Source: an uncultured Nitrososphaerota archaeon (GTDB taxonomy: Archaea; Thermoproteota; Nitrososphaeria; Nitrososphaerales; Nitrosopumilaceae). Taken from it: a stretch of DNA of 64,000 nt. Every line of letters starts with the position of its first letter. Position 1 is the stretch's first letter. Position numbers and translations under genes: made by a program. Below are positions 51,420 to 61,111 of the stretch, one piece after another. The notes beneath the pieces are model-generated. The model saw only the letters and a list, made by a program, of their open reading frames with translations. It was not told the DNA's origin and made no database searches. Where the stretch lies: NCBI GenBank assembly GCA_963701075.1, contig OY969559.1, positions 1,056,001 through 1,120,000 of the forward strand, given 5' to 3'.

Positions 51420-51488
51420 GAATTTTGCTAGCCTTACATACCCAATAGCTGCAGTGCAGCTCACTGCATACATAGTTGTTAAATTCTA

Positions 51489-51674
51489 TTGAATCAATCC
51501 ACTATCGATCAGAAAATGGTATCAAGCCAGAAGATTGGACTCTTGAACTTCTTTGGAGTAAAAAACTCAAGAAAATACATTCTCATTTGCATAAGGTGTG
51601 GTTCTGATAATATTCAGCGGAAACAAAACCTTATTGAATGCAGAGAATGCGGTAAAGTTCTTTCCACCAAATAG
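51489..51674 (+). CDS. Small zinc-ribbon protein
   Basis: CIRCGS and CRECG. The start position is uncertain. Confidence 0.5.
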   Translation: MNQSTIDQKMVSSQKIGLLNFFGVKNSRKYILICIRCGSDNIQRKQNLIECRECGKVLSTK

Positions 51675-51748
51675 TGCCAAATTGTAATAACAAAAGGCCA
51701 GATAGAGCAAAAGGCTTAACCAATAATGAACCAAGTCTTGTAGATGGA

Positions 51749-52642
51749 CTAGGATTTTTGCGCACTGAGCAATTTACGAATTGAGCGTAATTCTTGTCTG
51801 CGTTTTGCACCTGATTTTGGATAAGCCATTTTGAGTTCTTTTAGTGCATCTAAGATGATCTGTGAAATGATCAGTCTGGTGTTCTCTTTGTCATCTGCAG
51901 GAATGACATACCAAGGTGCCTCAGTCGTGCTTGTGGCACTCAGACAATCTTCATATGCTCTCATGTAATGCTTCCAAAATTTTCTCTCCTCTATATCTGC
52001 AAGGCTAAATTTCCAATTCTTTTCGGGCTCATCAATACGCTTTAGAAAACGTTTCCGTTGTTCTTCTTTTGAAATATGGAGGAAAAATTTGATTATGCGT
52101 GTTCCGTTGCGATGTAGATGGTTTTCCAAGTTCACTATAGAATGATATCGTTGATGCCACATTGTATGCTTATCCAACAATTCATTTGGAAGGCATTCAC
52201 TGTGGAGAATCTCTGGATGTACACGAACAATCAGTACCTCTTCATAATAAGAACGATTGAAGATACCTATTCGCCCCCTTTCAGGCAGACATTGAACAGT
52301 ACGCCATAAAAAATCATGCTTAAGTTCCTCATTGCTTGGATGTTTGAAGCTGAACACTTGACATCCTTGAGGATTGATGCCAGACATCACATGTTTGATA
52401 GCACTGTCTTTTCCTGCCGCATCCATTGCCTGAAAAATCAATAGTAACGAATAGCGGTTTGATGCATAGAGAAGATTTTGCAAGGAGCTTAGTTCTTCCA
52501 CATGTTTTCTGAGGACTTGGTTATACTGTTCCTTTGATTTGTACACGGGGTTCACAGTTGTTTTATAGTTACTGAGTTTCACCTTTTTTCCTGCAGGTAC
52601 AAGAAAATCATTGCAATTTATTTTCATCATGTCACCTTTCAT
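51749..52642 (-). CDS. ppk2: Polyphosphate kinase 2, class III-type
   Basis: Walker A AMDAAGKD, Walker [27 protein letters not shown] and [11 protein letters not shown]. Confidence 0.92.
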   Translation of the reverse strand: MKGDMMKINCNDFLVPAGKKVKLSNYKTTVNPVYKSKEQYNQVLRKHVEELSSLQNLLYASNRYSLLLIFQAMDAAGKDSAIKHVMSGINPQGCQVFSFKHPSNEELKHDFLWRTVQCLPERGRIGIFNRSYYEEVLIVRVHPEILHSECLPNELLDKHTMWHQRYHSIVNLENHLHRNGTRIIKFFLHISKEEQRKRFLKRIDEPEKNWKFSLADIEERKFWKHYMRAYEDCLSATSTTEAPWYVIPADDKENTRLIISQIILDALKELKMAYPKSGAKRRQELRSIRKLLSAQKS

Positions 52643-52682
52643 TTCTGTAGTTTATAAAATATGTAAATAAGCACAAAAGATA

Positions 52683-52913
52683 TCATGCCCAGCAATAATG
52701 CAACAAGATGGTTTTGTACCAAGACTCAATTGAGTTATTTAGCAAAAAACCAAATAGAAAAGCTGAAAATGTTGTTAAAAGTGTGCTTTCCCTTATTATT
52801 GATCCGTAATCACTTGTCAGCGCGTCCTTGTCTGCACGTTCATATCTATCTTTGTTAGACAATCTGCCACTAGTTGAGTTTCTCCTATATTGAATAAACC
52901 GGCAAAATTTCAT
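52683..52913 (-). pseudogene. Probable truncated membrane-protein fragment
   Basis: One TM-like segment (ESTLLTTFSAFLFGFLLN) and then an abrupt end. Confidence 0.3.
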
Positions 52914-52922
52914 TTGTGATGA

Positions 52923-53399
52923 CTATATTCCCAATAATGATACAGTTTCACCATCTTTGTCGGAAGCTAGCACCTTACCTGATTCTTCCTTAGGGTCTAG
53001 TGAATAGACTGCTTTTGGTTTGAACATTATTACAGTAGGATGTTTATTCTTGCTTTGTTGTTCAAATATCTTCGATGATGTCTTGCCAGTGGCTGAGCGC
53101 GATATTGTTTCGATGATTTTTTCCCCCTTATTTTCATCAGTTATGAAACTCACCTTGCCTTTCATTTGGAATCCTCGTAATTGTTCTTTGTCAAAAACAG
53201 CCACACTAACCCAAGGTATTACTCGAAAATTTCCTTGGGATTTGTGTTTGAAAAAATCTAACCAATATATGGAATCATCTGTAAAATAAAATGCGGTCCT
53301 CGGTGATATGTTGGCTAATCCGTTTGGGTCGACTGAAGCAACCACTATGAACTTTTGTCTTTTCATCATGTAAAGTACATCTTCTGGAATTGTAACCAT
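52923..53399 (-). CDS. Pyridoxamine 5'-phosphate oxidase-like FMN-binding protein
   Basis: VVASVDPNG.ANISPR, HKSQGN..P.VSV and GFQMKG split-barrel pattern. Confidence 0.8.
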   Translation of the reverse strand: MVTIPEDVLYMMKRQKFIVVASVDPNGLANISPRTAFYFTDDSIYWLDFFKHKSQGNFRVIPWVSVAVFDKEQLRGFQMKGKVSFITDENKGEKIIETISRSATGKTSSKIFEQQSKNKHPTVIMFKPKAVYSLDPKEESGKVLASDKDGETVSLLGI

Positions 53400-53497
53400 G
53401 GGATTCCTTTCAATTTCTTTTAAATAAAAGTAATGATTGATTATCTTGATTGATAATCTTCATTCTCGTTATATAACATAGACAAGACAAATAATGC

Positions 53498-54253
53498 ATG
53501 AAAATTATTGTCGCAGCAATAGTTTCAATACTTGTTTTAACTGGATTGTGTGATTTGGCATATGCTGAATCATCATATCAAATGGAAGGAAGTGGGGCTG
53601 CAGTGATGGATACTAATAATCCGCAAATGTACCAATCCATATTTAGAATGACACTGTCAAACCAATCAACCATTACAAAAGGAACATTTCTGGTATATGG
53701 AAGTGATGTGTACCTACATGCATACATGTTGCCTCAAAGCTGGTCATTTTTGTATAATGCAGACGGATCTTTTCATGGACAAGGCCCAGTTCAGACCACT
53801 CAAGGCCAATTCTTTGATGTTGCATTAGATGGTAACCGGGTATTTGCAACAAACACCGGTTCACTATGGAAAGTAAGCGCCGATATGAAAAACAACAATA
53901 CCAATATGATACTTGATTATTTAACTACTGGAATAGATCCACTTCCCACCGTAAACGTATCTTCAAATGCAACTGTAATGATTCCAAACGGCAACTCTAA
54001 CGTAACTGGCGTTGGTTTTTACATACCGCTAAATCTAGAGGCGATGCGAGGAACCACAGTAACATGGCAAAACGAGGATAACATAGGCCATGTAATACAG
54101 AGCCAAGACGGCCACGGAAACATCATACCTATCTTTAGCAGTGCCATATTGAAGACAGGAGATACATTTAGCTACAAATTTGACAAGCCAGGTGTGTATT
54201 ATTATTTTTGTACAATACATCCGTGGAGAACCGGCGTAGTAACCATATCCTGA
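53498..54253 (+). CDS. Secreted cupredoxin (plastocyanin/azurin-like) domain protein
   Basis: Signal peptide, GTTVTWQN.D..GH and FDKPGVYYYFCTIHPW. Confidence 0.85.
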   Translation: MKIIVAAIVSILVLTGLCDLAYAESSYQMEGSGAAVMDTNNPQMYQSIFRMTLSNQSTITKGTFLVYGSDVYLHAYMLPQSWSFLYNADGSFHGQGPVQTTQGQFFDVALDGNRVFATNTGSLWKVSADMKNNNTNMILDYLTTGIDPLPTVNVSSNATVMIPNGNSNVTGVGFYIPLNLEAMRGTTVTWQNEDNIGHVIQSQDGHGNIIPIFSSAILKTGDTFSYKFDKPGVYYYFCTIHPWRTGVVTIS

Positions 54254-54346
54254 GACATTTTTCATCATTATGTTGAACAGAAAAGGTGATTCTCATGTTT
54301 GGTATTCGTGTACCGAAAATAAATTGCAAATGCTTGTCATAATTAT

Positions 54347-55111
54347 ATGCTGGTTCAACATGCAGGCAGTTTGGAAGGAAGATCCCTCGCCACTAGTATA
54401 GTTGCATCTAAGGGACGGAAAAAAAATCAAAATGTACTGAGAGTAGAAAACTTATCAAAAATTTACAGCTCAGAATCAGGAAAAGTAGTTGCATTATCAA
54501 ACATCAATTTTACAGTAAAAAAAGGCGAGTTTGTCTCTATTCTGGGACCATCTGGAAGTGGCAAGTCAACTCTGCTATACATGATAGGAGCATTAGACAG
54601 ACCTAGTGCCGGTAAGGTCTACATTAATGGAGTTGACGTATTCTCACTTAATGATTCGGAGATTGCAATGGTCAGAAACAGGCTAATTGGATATGTCTTC
54701 CAGTCGTATAATTTGATAAATAGATCAACAGTGCTAAAGAATGTCAAGATACCAGTAACAATACGTGGAATGGCTCGTACTGAGGCCAATTTCAAGGCGA
54801 TGGAGATTATGAAAGCACTAGGTATAGATGACAAAATTAATGAAAAACCTGCGAATCTAAGCGGTGGTCAACAGCAGAGGGTTGCTATTGCAAGAGCACT
54901 TGTCAATAACCCATCAATAATACTTGCTGATGAGCCAACTGGTAATTTGGATACGAAAACTGGCAGTGAAGTGTTTGAGATACTCAAAAAACTATCCCGC
55001 CAATTTAACAGAACAATAATCATGGTTACTCATAACGCCGAGCTTGCAGAAGAGACAGATCGGTCTATATTTATAAAAGACGGAAGTATTGAAAGAGAAA
55101 CGCGGCATTAA
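54347..55111 (+). CDS. ABC transporter ATP-binding protein (LolD/MacB/SalX-like)
   Basis: GPSGSGKST, LSGGQQQRVAIARAL, ADEPTGNLD and VTH. Confidence 0.9.
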   Translation: MLVQHAGSLEGRSLATSIVASKGRKKNQNVLRVENLSKIYSSESGKVVALSNINFTVKKGEFVSILGPSGSGKSTLLYMIGALDRPSAGKVYINGVDVFSLNDSEIAMVRNRLIGYVFQSYNLINRSTVLKNVKIPVTIRGMARTEANFKAMEIMKALGIDDKINEKPANLSGGQQQRVAIARALVNNPSIILADEPTGNLDTKTGSEVFEILKKLSRQFNRTIIMVTHNAELAEETDRSIFIKDGSIERETRH

Positions 55112-55298
55112 ACATCATCATTTGTTCCGTATTACGTCCGTCTTTGATTTTAGTACGTAACGTGATATACTTTCAAGAAAGATCTTCTAAAGATATCTGG
55201 AGTTTTATATTATGTCATAAAATTAAATTTCATTGATTGAAACCCATCTTTGGAAATTAAACAGATATAATATATGCAATGACTAGTTATGGACATTA

Positions 55299-56840
55299 TT
55301 GCATCTTAAAGCTGATATTTTGGGAATAGATTCAGGTGGAAAACCAATTGTATTTCTTAACAAGTCTGATGCAGACGATATTGGAATAAGAGCTTCTGGC
55401 AGAATCACTTTAAATTTCAAAAAAAAGTTGCTCACTGCAATAGTTAACACAACAACGTCAGTCAATCGAGGCCATATTGGAATAAACGACGAAGTTAAAC
55501 GCATGCTTGGCCTAAAACAAAATTCTGACGTAGATGTAGAAATTGCGGCCTTTCCCAAATCACTCCAATTTATTCATAATAGATTGACTGGAAGGAGACT
55601 GTTATATCATGAAATTTACGAAATTGTAAAAGATGTAGTACAGGGGAACCTAAATGAAAATGAAATTTCTGCTTTTGTTACTGCATTAAGCATACAGGGA
55701 TTAGATTTGGATGAAGCAACAAGTCTTGCTTTGTCCATGGTTGAAACTGGAAAACAACTTGATCTTGGAAAAAAGATCATCGTGGACAAACACAGTATAG
55801 GTGGCGTGCCAGGGGACAAGACAACATTGCTAGTTGTTCCTATTGTGGCAGCTATGGGCCTTACAATTCCCAAGGTTTCCTCAAGGGCAATAACGTCAGC
55901 TGGCGGTACTGCCGACAGGGCTGAAACACTAATGCCTGTAGATCTAGAGATAAGCGAGATGGAACGCGTCATACGAAAAAGTAACGGCTGCATGGTATGG
56001 GGAGGATCGTTGGATCTTGCACCCGCCGATGATATTTTTGTTAGAAGTGAATATTCCTTGTACATTGATCCTCTGCTACTACCTTCCATCATGAGTAAGA
56101 AAAAGGCTGTTAATGCGACTCATCTTGTCATTGACATCCCAACGGGACGGGGATCAAAAATGCAGACTATCAGCGAGTCTGACTTTTTGGCTAAAGAACT
56201 AATCGAGCTTGGGCGAAGGCTTGGAATTCGTACACATTGTGTTTTGACAAATGGTGAAAAACCAATAGGGTTTACCATGGGGCCATCACTTGAAGTGAGA
56301 GAAGCTCTCTCCGTATTGATGAACAAAGTAGATGTTCCAGATCTTGTCGATAAAGTCTGTCACATCGCAGGAAGCATATTTGAAATGGTCGGAAAGAAAA
56401 ATGGCTACCACCTAGCAAGAGAGATCCTGCATAGTGGAAAAGCGGAGAAAAAAATGAGGGAAATTATAGGCCTGCAGGGAGGAAACTCGAAAGTAAAGAT
56501 TGAAGATTTGGCAATTGGCGAAGAAAAACATATGGTCAGAGCAAAAAAGCCCGGTCAAGTTCTATGGATGGACAATATTGCACTCATAGAAATTGCTCGA
56601 GCGGCAGGAGCTCCAAAGGACAAAGGCGCTGGCATTGTTTTTAACAAGAAGACTGGCGACAAGGTGCGAATTGGTGATGTTTTGTATACTATCTACGCCG
56701 AAAAACCGCGAAAACTCTCAAGAACAGTTGAACTACTATCAGAAACAGAGCCATTTGGAATAGGTGACAATGTAGAGATGCTCATACACAAAATAAAAGA
56801 ATCTTCGTTTGTAAAAAGATCATTTATGATAGACAGGTAG
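55299..56840 (+). CDS. deoA: AMP phosphorylase (thymidine phosphorylase family with N-terminal extension)
   Basis: DKHSIGGVPG.KTT, PKVSSRAITSAGGTAD, WGGSLDLAPADD, SIMSKKKA and IARAAGAPKDKGAG; 513 aa; first gene of the operon. Confidence 0.92.
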   Translation: MHLKADILGIDSGGKPIVFLNKSDADDIGIRASGRITLNFKKKLLTAIVNTTTSVNRGHIGINDEVKRMLGLKQNSDVDVEIAAFPKSLQFIHNRLTGRRLLYHEIYEIVKDVVQGNLNENEISAFVTALSIQGLDLDEATSLALSMVETGKQLDLGKKIIVDKHSIGGVPGDKTTLLVVPIVAAMGLTIPKVSSRAITSAGGTADRAETLMPVDLEISEMERVIRKSNGCMVWGGSLDLAPADDIFVRSEYSLYIDPLLLPSIMSKKKAVNATHLVIDIPTGRGSKMQTISESDFLAKELIELGRRLGIRTHCVLTNGEKPIGFTMGPSLEVREALSVLMNKVDVPDLVDKVCHIAGSIFEMVGKKNGYHLAREILHSGKAEKKMREIIGLQGGNSKVKIEDLAIGEEKHMVRAKKPGQVLWMDNIALIEIARAAGAPKDKGAGIVFNKKTGDKVRIGDVLYTIYAEKPRKLSRTVELLSETEPFGIGDNVEMLIHKIKESSFVKRSFMIDR

Positions 56841-56843
56841 TAC

Positions 56844-57677
56844 ATGAAGACACTTCAACAAGTAACGGATGACATAAGAGAATTCAGAATCCAAGGAGCA
56901 AACCAAATTGCACTGTACAGTTTATGCTTCTTAAAAAAAATTGCGCTTTGTTATGGATTTGGACTCAAATTCAAGACTGTATCACGACATTTGGAAAGGG
57001 CCAGACCAACCGCAGTAGTACTTCATAACTGTATTCAGATTATAAACACAAGTCCAAAAATTTCTACAATTGATACTTTGATTAATACGCTACGTGACAT
57101 GGGAGAAAAAGAAGCAGTATACTCGGCCAAGATTATAAAGAATGGTTCTACAATAATTACATACTGTCACTCGGGGGAAGCAATGTCATTTATCAAACAT
57201 GCGTGGATAAAATACAAAAAGAGATTTTCTGTGATTGCGTGCGAGACAGAACCTTTGGAACAAGGTGTAAGAACCGCAAAAGAGCTGGCAAAAGTGGGAA
57301 TCCCTGTAACCCTGATTGATGATAACGCGATCGGGTTCTTCATAAAATGTGCAGATATGGTAATTGTTGGTGCGGATGCATTACGAAAAGAAGGACTGGT
57401 TAACAAGATAGGAACTAGCCTTCTTGCACAGGCAGCAAATGATGCAGCCAAGCCATTCTATGTGATAGCCAGCTCGCTTAAGATTGACAAGAGGAGAAAA
57501 TTTGAGATCGAGGAGAGGCCTGCAAACGAGATATACAGAAAAATAATGCACAAAAGAGGGCTGGGTGGAATAAAGATACGAAATCCGGCCTTTGATACAA
57601 CTCCATGGAAATATGTTACTGCTGTAATAAACGAGAGAGGAGTCTTGACAAAGAATCAGCTGAGGAAAGTGATATGA
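56844..57677 (+). CDS. Ribose-1,5-bisphosphate isomerase (eIF-2B alpha/beta/delta family)
   Basis: IQGA..IA, RPTAV.L.N, TYCHS (catalytic Cys), VGAD (catalytic Asp), NKIGT and NPAFDTTP; lies between AMP phosphorylase and RuBisCO. Confidence 0.85.
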   Translation: MKTLQQVTDDIREFRIQGANQIALYSLCFLKKIALCYGFGLKFKTVSRHLERARPTAVVLHNCIQIINTSPKISTIDTLINTLRDMGEKEAVYSAKIIKNGSTIITYCHSGEAMSFIKHAWIKYKKRFSVIACETEPLEQGVRTAKELAKVGIPVTLIDDNAIGFFIKCADMVIVGADALRKEGLVNKIGTSLLAQAANDAAKPFYVIASSLKIDKRRKFEIEERPANEIYRKIMHKRGLGGIKIRNPAFDTTPWKYVTAVINERGVLTKNQLRKVI

Positions 57678-58963
57678 GGCACATCGATTGGTACAAAGAC
57701 TTTGTTGATTTAAAGTACAAGCCAAGCAAAACTGACGTAGTCTGTCTTTTCAGATTTGAACCATCTGATAAAGTATCGGTTGTTGAAGCAGCTGGTAGAA
57801 TAGCTTCTGAAAGCTCGGCTGGAACATGGACAACACTGACCAAGTTGCCAAAAACAATAAAAAAAGTAATGGCGACTTCTTTTGAGATAAATGGCAATTT
57901 TGCTAAGGTTGCATATCCAATCGAGATCTGGGAACCAGGAAACATATCACAGCTGTTAAGCGGTATTGCCGGAAATATTTTTGGGATGAAAGCATTAGAA
58001 AATCTCAGGCTTGTTGATGTATCTTTGCCCATTCAATATACCAAACATTTCAGAGGACCAGAGTTTGGAATAGAAGGAATTAGAAGAATTCTAAAAGTAA
58101 GAAAGAGACCAATTACAGGGGCAGTAGCAAAACCCAAGATAGGATGGAGTGCTGAAGAACATGCGACGATTGCCTATGAGACGTGGATTGGAGGGTTTGA
58201 TTTGGTAAAAGACGATGAAAACCTTACATCAACACAGTTTAACAAATTTGAACAACGCGTAAAGCTTTGTGCCAAGATGCGAGACAAGGCTGAAAAAGAG
58301 AGCGGAGAAAGAAAATCCGCACTGATAAACATAACTGGAGAAACTAATCAGATGACAAAGCGCGCTAAAATGCTGCATGATTTTGGATTTGAATATGCAA
58401 TGATAGATGTGGTTACAGTAGGTATGTCAGCATTGCAAACTTTGCGTGAGGTGTGTCATGACCATAATCTGGCAATACATGCGCACAGGGCAATGCATGC
58501 TGCATTTGACAGAAATCCAAGACATGGCATATCGATGCTGTTTCTTGCCAAGATCTGTCGATTGATAGGCGTCGACCAGCTTCACATAGGGACCGTGATA
58601 GGCAAACTTGTTGGAACGCGTCATGATGTTCTAGATATAAAAAACGCGATTACTAGTCAAAATAACAAGAGGTTTGGCAGCCTGAATCAAAATTGGAACA
58701 ACATCAAACCGGTTTTTCCAGTCTCTTCTGGAGGCATACACCCAGGAATCATACCTGATGTGTTAAAGATCATGGGAAATAACATAGTGTTACTGGTGAG
58801 TGGTGGAATACACGGTCATCCAAATGGTACCCGTGATGGAGCACGTGCTGCAATGCAGTCTATTGAAGCCTCAATGCAGAGGATCCCGTTATATCAATAC
58901 GCAAGATCACACAAAGAACTTGGAGATGCCTTGGCAAAGTGGGGCCGTCTTAGGCCTCAATGA
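57674..58963 (+). CDS. rbcL: Form III ribulose-1,5-bisphosphate carboxylase
   Basis: ESSAGTWT, AGNIFGMK, KPKIG, GGFDLVKDDEN, HAHRAMHA, HIGTVIGKL, SSGG.HPG and GGIHGHP. ATG 57674 overlaps the upstream TGA. Confidence 0.95.
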   Translation: MRHIDWYKDFVDLKYKPSKTDVVCLFRFEPSDKVSVVEAAGRIASESSAGTWTTLTKLPKTIKKVMATSFEINGNFAKVAYPIEIWEPGNISQLLSGIAGNIFGMKALENLRLVDVSLPIQYTKHFRGPEFGIEGIRRILKVRKRPITGAVAKPKIGWSAEEHATIAYETWIGGFDLVKDDENLTSTQFNKFEQRVKLCAKMRDKAEKESGERKSALINITGETNQMTKRAKMLHDFGFEYAMIDVVTVGMSALQTLREVCHDHNLAIHAHRAMHAAFDRNPRHGISMLFLAKICRLIGVDQLHIGTVIGKLVGTRHDVLDIKNAITSQNNKRFGSLNQNWNNIKPVFPVSSGGIHPGIIPDVLKIMGNNIVLLVSGGIHGHPNGTRDGARAAMQSIEASMQRIPLYQYARSHKELGDALAKWGRLRPQ

Positions 58964-59007
58964 TTGTCATTTCATCTTTCATTGAATGTGTATATCTGAG
59001 AAACAAA

Positions 59008-59658
59008 TTATCTAATAATCACAACTGGACACTTGGCTTCTTCTGAAATTTTTCTGCTTACACTACCGAGTGCCATTATCTTGTTCAGTCTAGTCAATCC
59101 TCTACTGCCGATAACTATTAGGTCTATCTTGTTATCTCTTGCAAATTTTAGTATGGAATCAGCAGGTTTTCCAGTTATCACTTCGCAAAATGTATTGACT
59201 CCCGACTGCTTACATATTTTCATCTTTTCTTGGAGAACACTATTTGAATGATTTTTTTGTGGCTCTAAAATATCTTTATTTAATTTTTTTATCTTTTTGT
59301 TTACTTGATCTTGTATTATTATGGGTAATTGGTCTGTCTGGATATTGATGACATTTATTATGTATAATTCTGAACCAAACTCTTTTGCTATGTCAGTTGC
59401 CTCAATAAGTGCTTTTTTTGAATATTTTGAGTTATCATAAGGTACCAATATTTTGCCATATTTTTTCTTGCTAGGTAGAGATACGCCAGTACTTAGTTGT
59501 ACATCAATCCTTGATGCTGCATCATTTATTCTTTTTATATTTTGAAGAAAATCTTGATGATTGCCATATTTTGCATTTTTTAACATTACGCCTATCGTAT
59601 TTTTTATTATTGATACTTGCTTCCTTAATGAAAAATTATATTCGTAGTCCAAGTCCAT
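59008..59658 (-). CDS. Universal stress protein (USP4) with ~65 aa N-terminal extension
   Basis: ILVPYDNS and IVIGSRGL..ALGSVS..CPVVIIR. Confidence 0.85.
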   Translation of the reverse strand: MDLDYEYNFSLRKQVSIIKNTIGVMLKNAKYGNHQDFLQNIKRINDAASRIDVQLSTGVSLPSKKKYGKILVPYDNSKYSKKALIEATDIAKEFGSELYIINVINIQTDQLPIIIQDQVNKKIKKLNKDILEPQKNHSNSVLQEKMKICKQSGVNTFCEVITGKPADSILKFARDNKIDLIVIGSRGLTRLNKIMALGSVSRKISEEAKCPVVIIR

Positions 59659-59785
59659 ATCTATTCAACTACTGGAAAATGTATACTTATACTGTATCTC
59701 ATGGGATTACTTTTCTTACAATGAATTTAAAGGAATAATATAATTATCAAGATTGGAATCTTTTATATGAAAAAATTGGTTATTC

Positions 59786-60127
59786 CTAATTACTTGTATC
59801 AGAATTAGGAACGATTTCAACATCAAGTGAACCGCTTTTGAAACATGTTACAATGGACTTGATCTTTGATTTGTACAAAAAGTACTTTTTGCCATCCTGA
59901 CTTATGGAGCCGGAGATGCCAAGTAATTTGTGAGTATGTAGTAATTGCACTCTTCTGTATGTTGTGCTGATTGGAATACCACACTCTATACTTAGATCAA
60001 TGGTAGATTTTGGCATCTCAAGTGTAGATTCCAATATGGCACGGGAATACTTGTCAGCCAAGATCTCAAGCAAGACAGTCTTTGTTGTCTCTTCCTGTAC
60101 GGGTTTTGTCTGTAGTAAGACTTGCAT
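59786..60127 (-). CDS. ArsR-like winged-helix transcriptional regulator
   Basis: LADKYSRAIL, PKS..DLS.ECGIPISTTYRRVQ.L and DGKKYFLYKS. Confidence 0.8.
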   Translation of the reverse strand: MQVLLQTKPVQEETTKTVLLEILADKYSRAILESTLEMPKSTIDLSIECGIPISTTYRRVQLLHTHKLLGISGSISQDGKKYFLYKSKIKSIVTCFKSGSLDVEIVPNSDTSN

Positions 60128-60236
60128 GTACCTCTATTGGCACGAATTGATATAATCAGTAGGACTGCATTGCAGTGCAGTGCATACAAAAAACGCATTT
60201 TGAGATAGATTTTGTGTCTGTTTCCCCTTGCAGGCA

Positions 60237-60473
60237 CTATTTTTCTTCTTCTAGTCTCTCAATCTCTTCAAAACAGAGATTGACTAAATTTCTAAGATAT
60301 TCTGCCCTGTCGCGCAGAAGCGTTATTTGTTCATGTTCTTCCTCTTTTGACATTTTTTTGATGGTTAGATCCACCTGTCCAAAATACGTCAAGTCGTTTA
60401 TCTCGCCAAGAATCTTCAGTCTCTCTTCTTTAGATGTCAATTTTTCCCTTATTTCATCAAGATTACTCATCAT
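60237..60473 (-). CDS. Small helical hypothetical protein
   Basis: 78 aa charged ORF directly downstream of USP5. Confidence 0.5.
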   Translation of the reverse strand: MMSNLDEIREKLTSKEERLKILGEINDLTYFGQVDLTIKKMSKEEEHEQITLLRDRAEYLRNLVNLCFEEIERLEEEK

Positions 60474-60479
60474 TATTCA

Positions 60480-60905
60480 CTACTTTACTATAAGTACAGG
60501 AGTCTTTGATTTATGTACCACTGCGTTTGAGACGCTACCGAGAAAAACTTCCTTTACACTACCCAGTCCTCTTGCCCCAATTACTATTATGTCGAACTTG
60601 TTTTTTGTAGCAAAATCAACTATCTCTGAAGATTCGTTTCCGATTGCAGTTTTTCCAACAAAAACTATGCCATTTTGAGCAGCGCGTTTTTTAGCACTCT
60701 CCATAAACTCTCTGGCTGCTTTCATAAGGTATTTCTTGTCATAGGTTATTGGGGTAAAAGACTTTGGATAAATCGACATGACAAATAATCCCGTTATAGT
60801 TGCACCACACTGCCTTGCAAGATAGATGGCAGTGTCTAATCCTCTATACGAATTTTTTGATCCATCCAGAGGAACTAAGATTCGTCTAATTTTTGTTTTA
60901 ATCAT
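60480..60905 (-). CDS. Universal stress protein (USP5)
   Basis: ILVPLDGSKNS and IGARGLG..EVFLGSVS..PVLIVK. Confidence 0.92.
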   Translation of the reverse strand: MIKTKIRRILVPLDGSKNSYRGLDTAIYLARQCGATITGLFVMSIYPKSFTPITYDKKYLMKAAREFMESAKKRAAQNGIVFVGKTAIGNESSEIVDFATKNKFDIIVIGARGLGSVKEVFLGSVSNAVVHKSKTPVLIVK

Positions 60906-60946
60906 AAGCCACTTTCTTTCATGTTTAATTTAAGATTCACTTACAA

Positions 60947-60960
60947 TATCAATTATGATA
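60947..60960. promoter_or_regulatory. Candidate operator TATCA-N4-TGATA (perfect copy)
   Basis: TATCA-ATTA-TGATA between divergent USP5 and CBS genes; related copies occur in other island promoters. Confidence 0.5.
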
Positions 60961-61111
60961 ATCTATCTATAGTTTATCATGTATAAATAAGAGAGTAAGT
61001 ATAATGAAGTTTTCAATTATGATTATCTCAGATAAAAAAATGGCGTCCTTTTTATAGCCCTATGAATGTTTCAGAGAATGACGACATTGGGAATAATAGG
61101 AGATATCTGAG

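Noticed and set aside
51446-51471. TGCAGTG-CAGCT-CACTGCA hairpin, with a similar TGCAGTGCAG at 60171-60180
   Set aside because: Only two short low-complexity occurrences; they cannot be distinguished from chance or a simple terminator.
57674-58963. RuBisCO as evidence for a Calvin cycle, or as a form IV RuBisCO-like protein
   Set aside because: There is no phosphoribulokinase or small subunit in the window. The catalytic motifs look intact and the operon context is AMP salvage.
60175-60678. 167-aa plus-strand ORF
   Set aside because: It is antisense to USP5 and the small helical gene and has no protein-like features.
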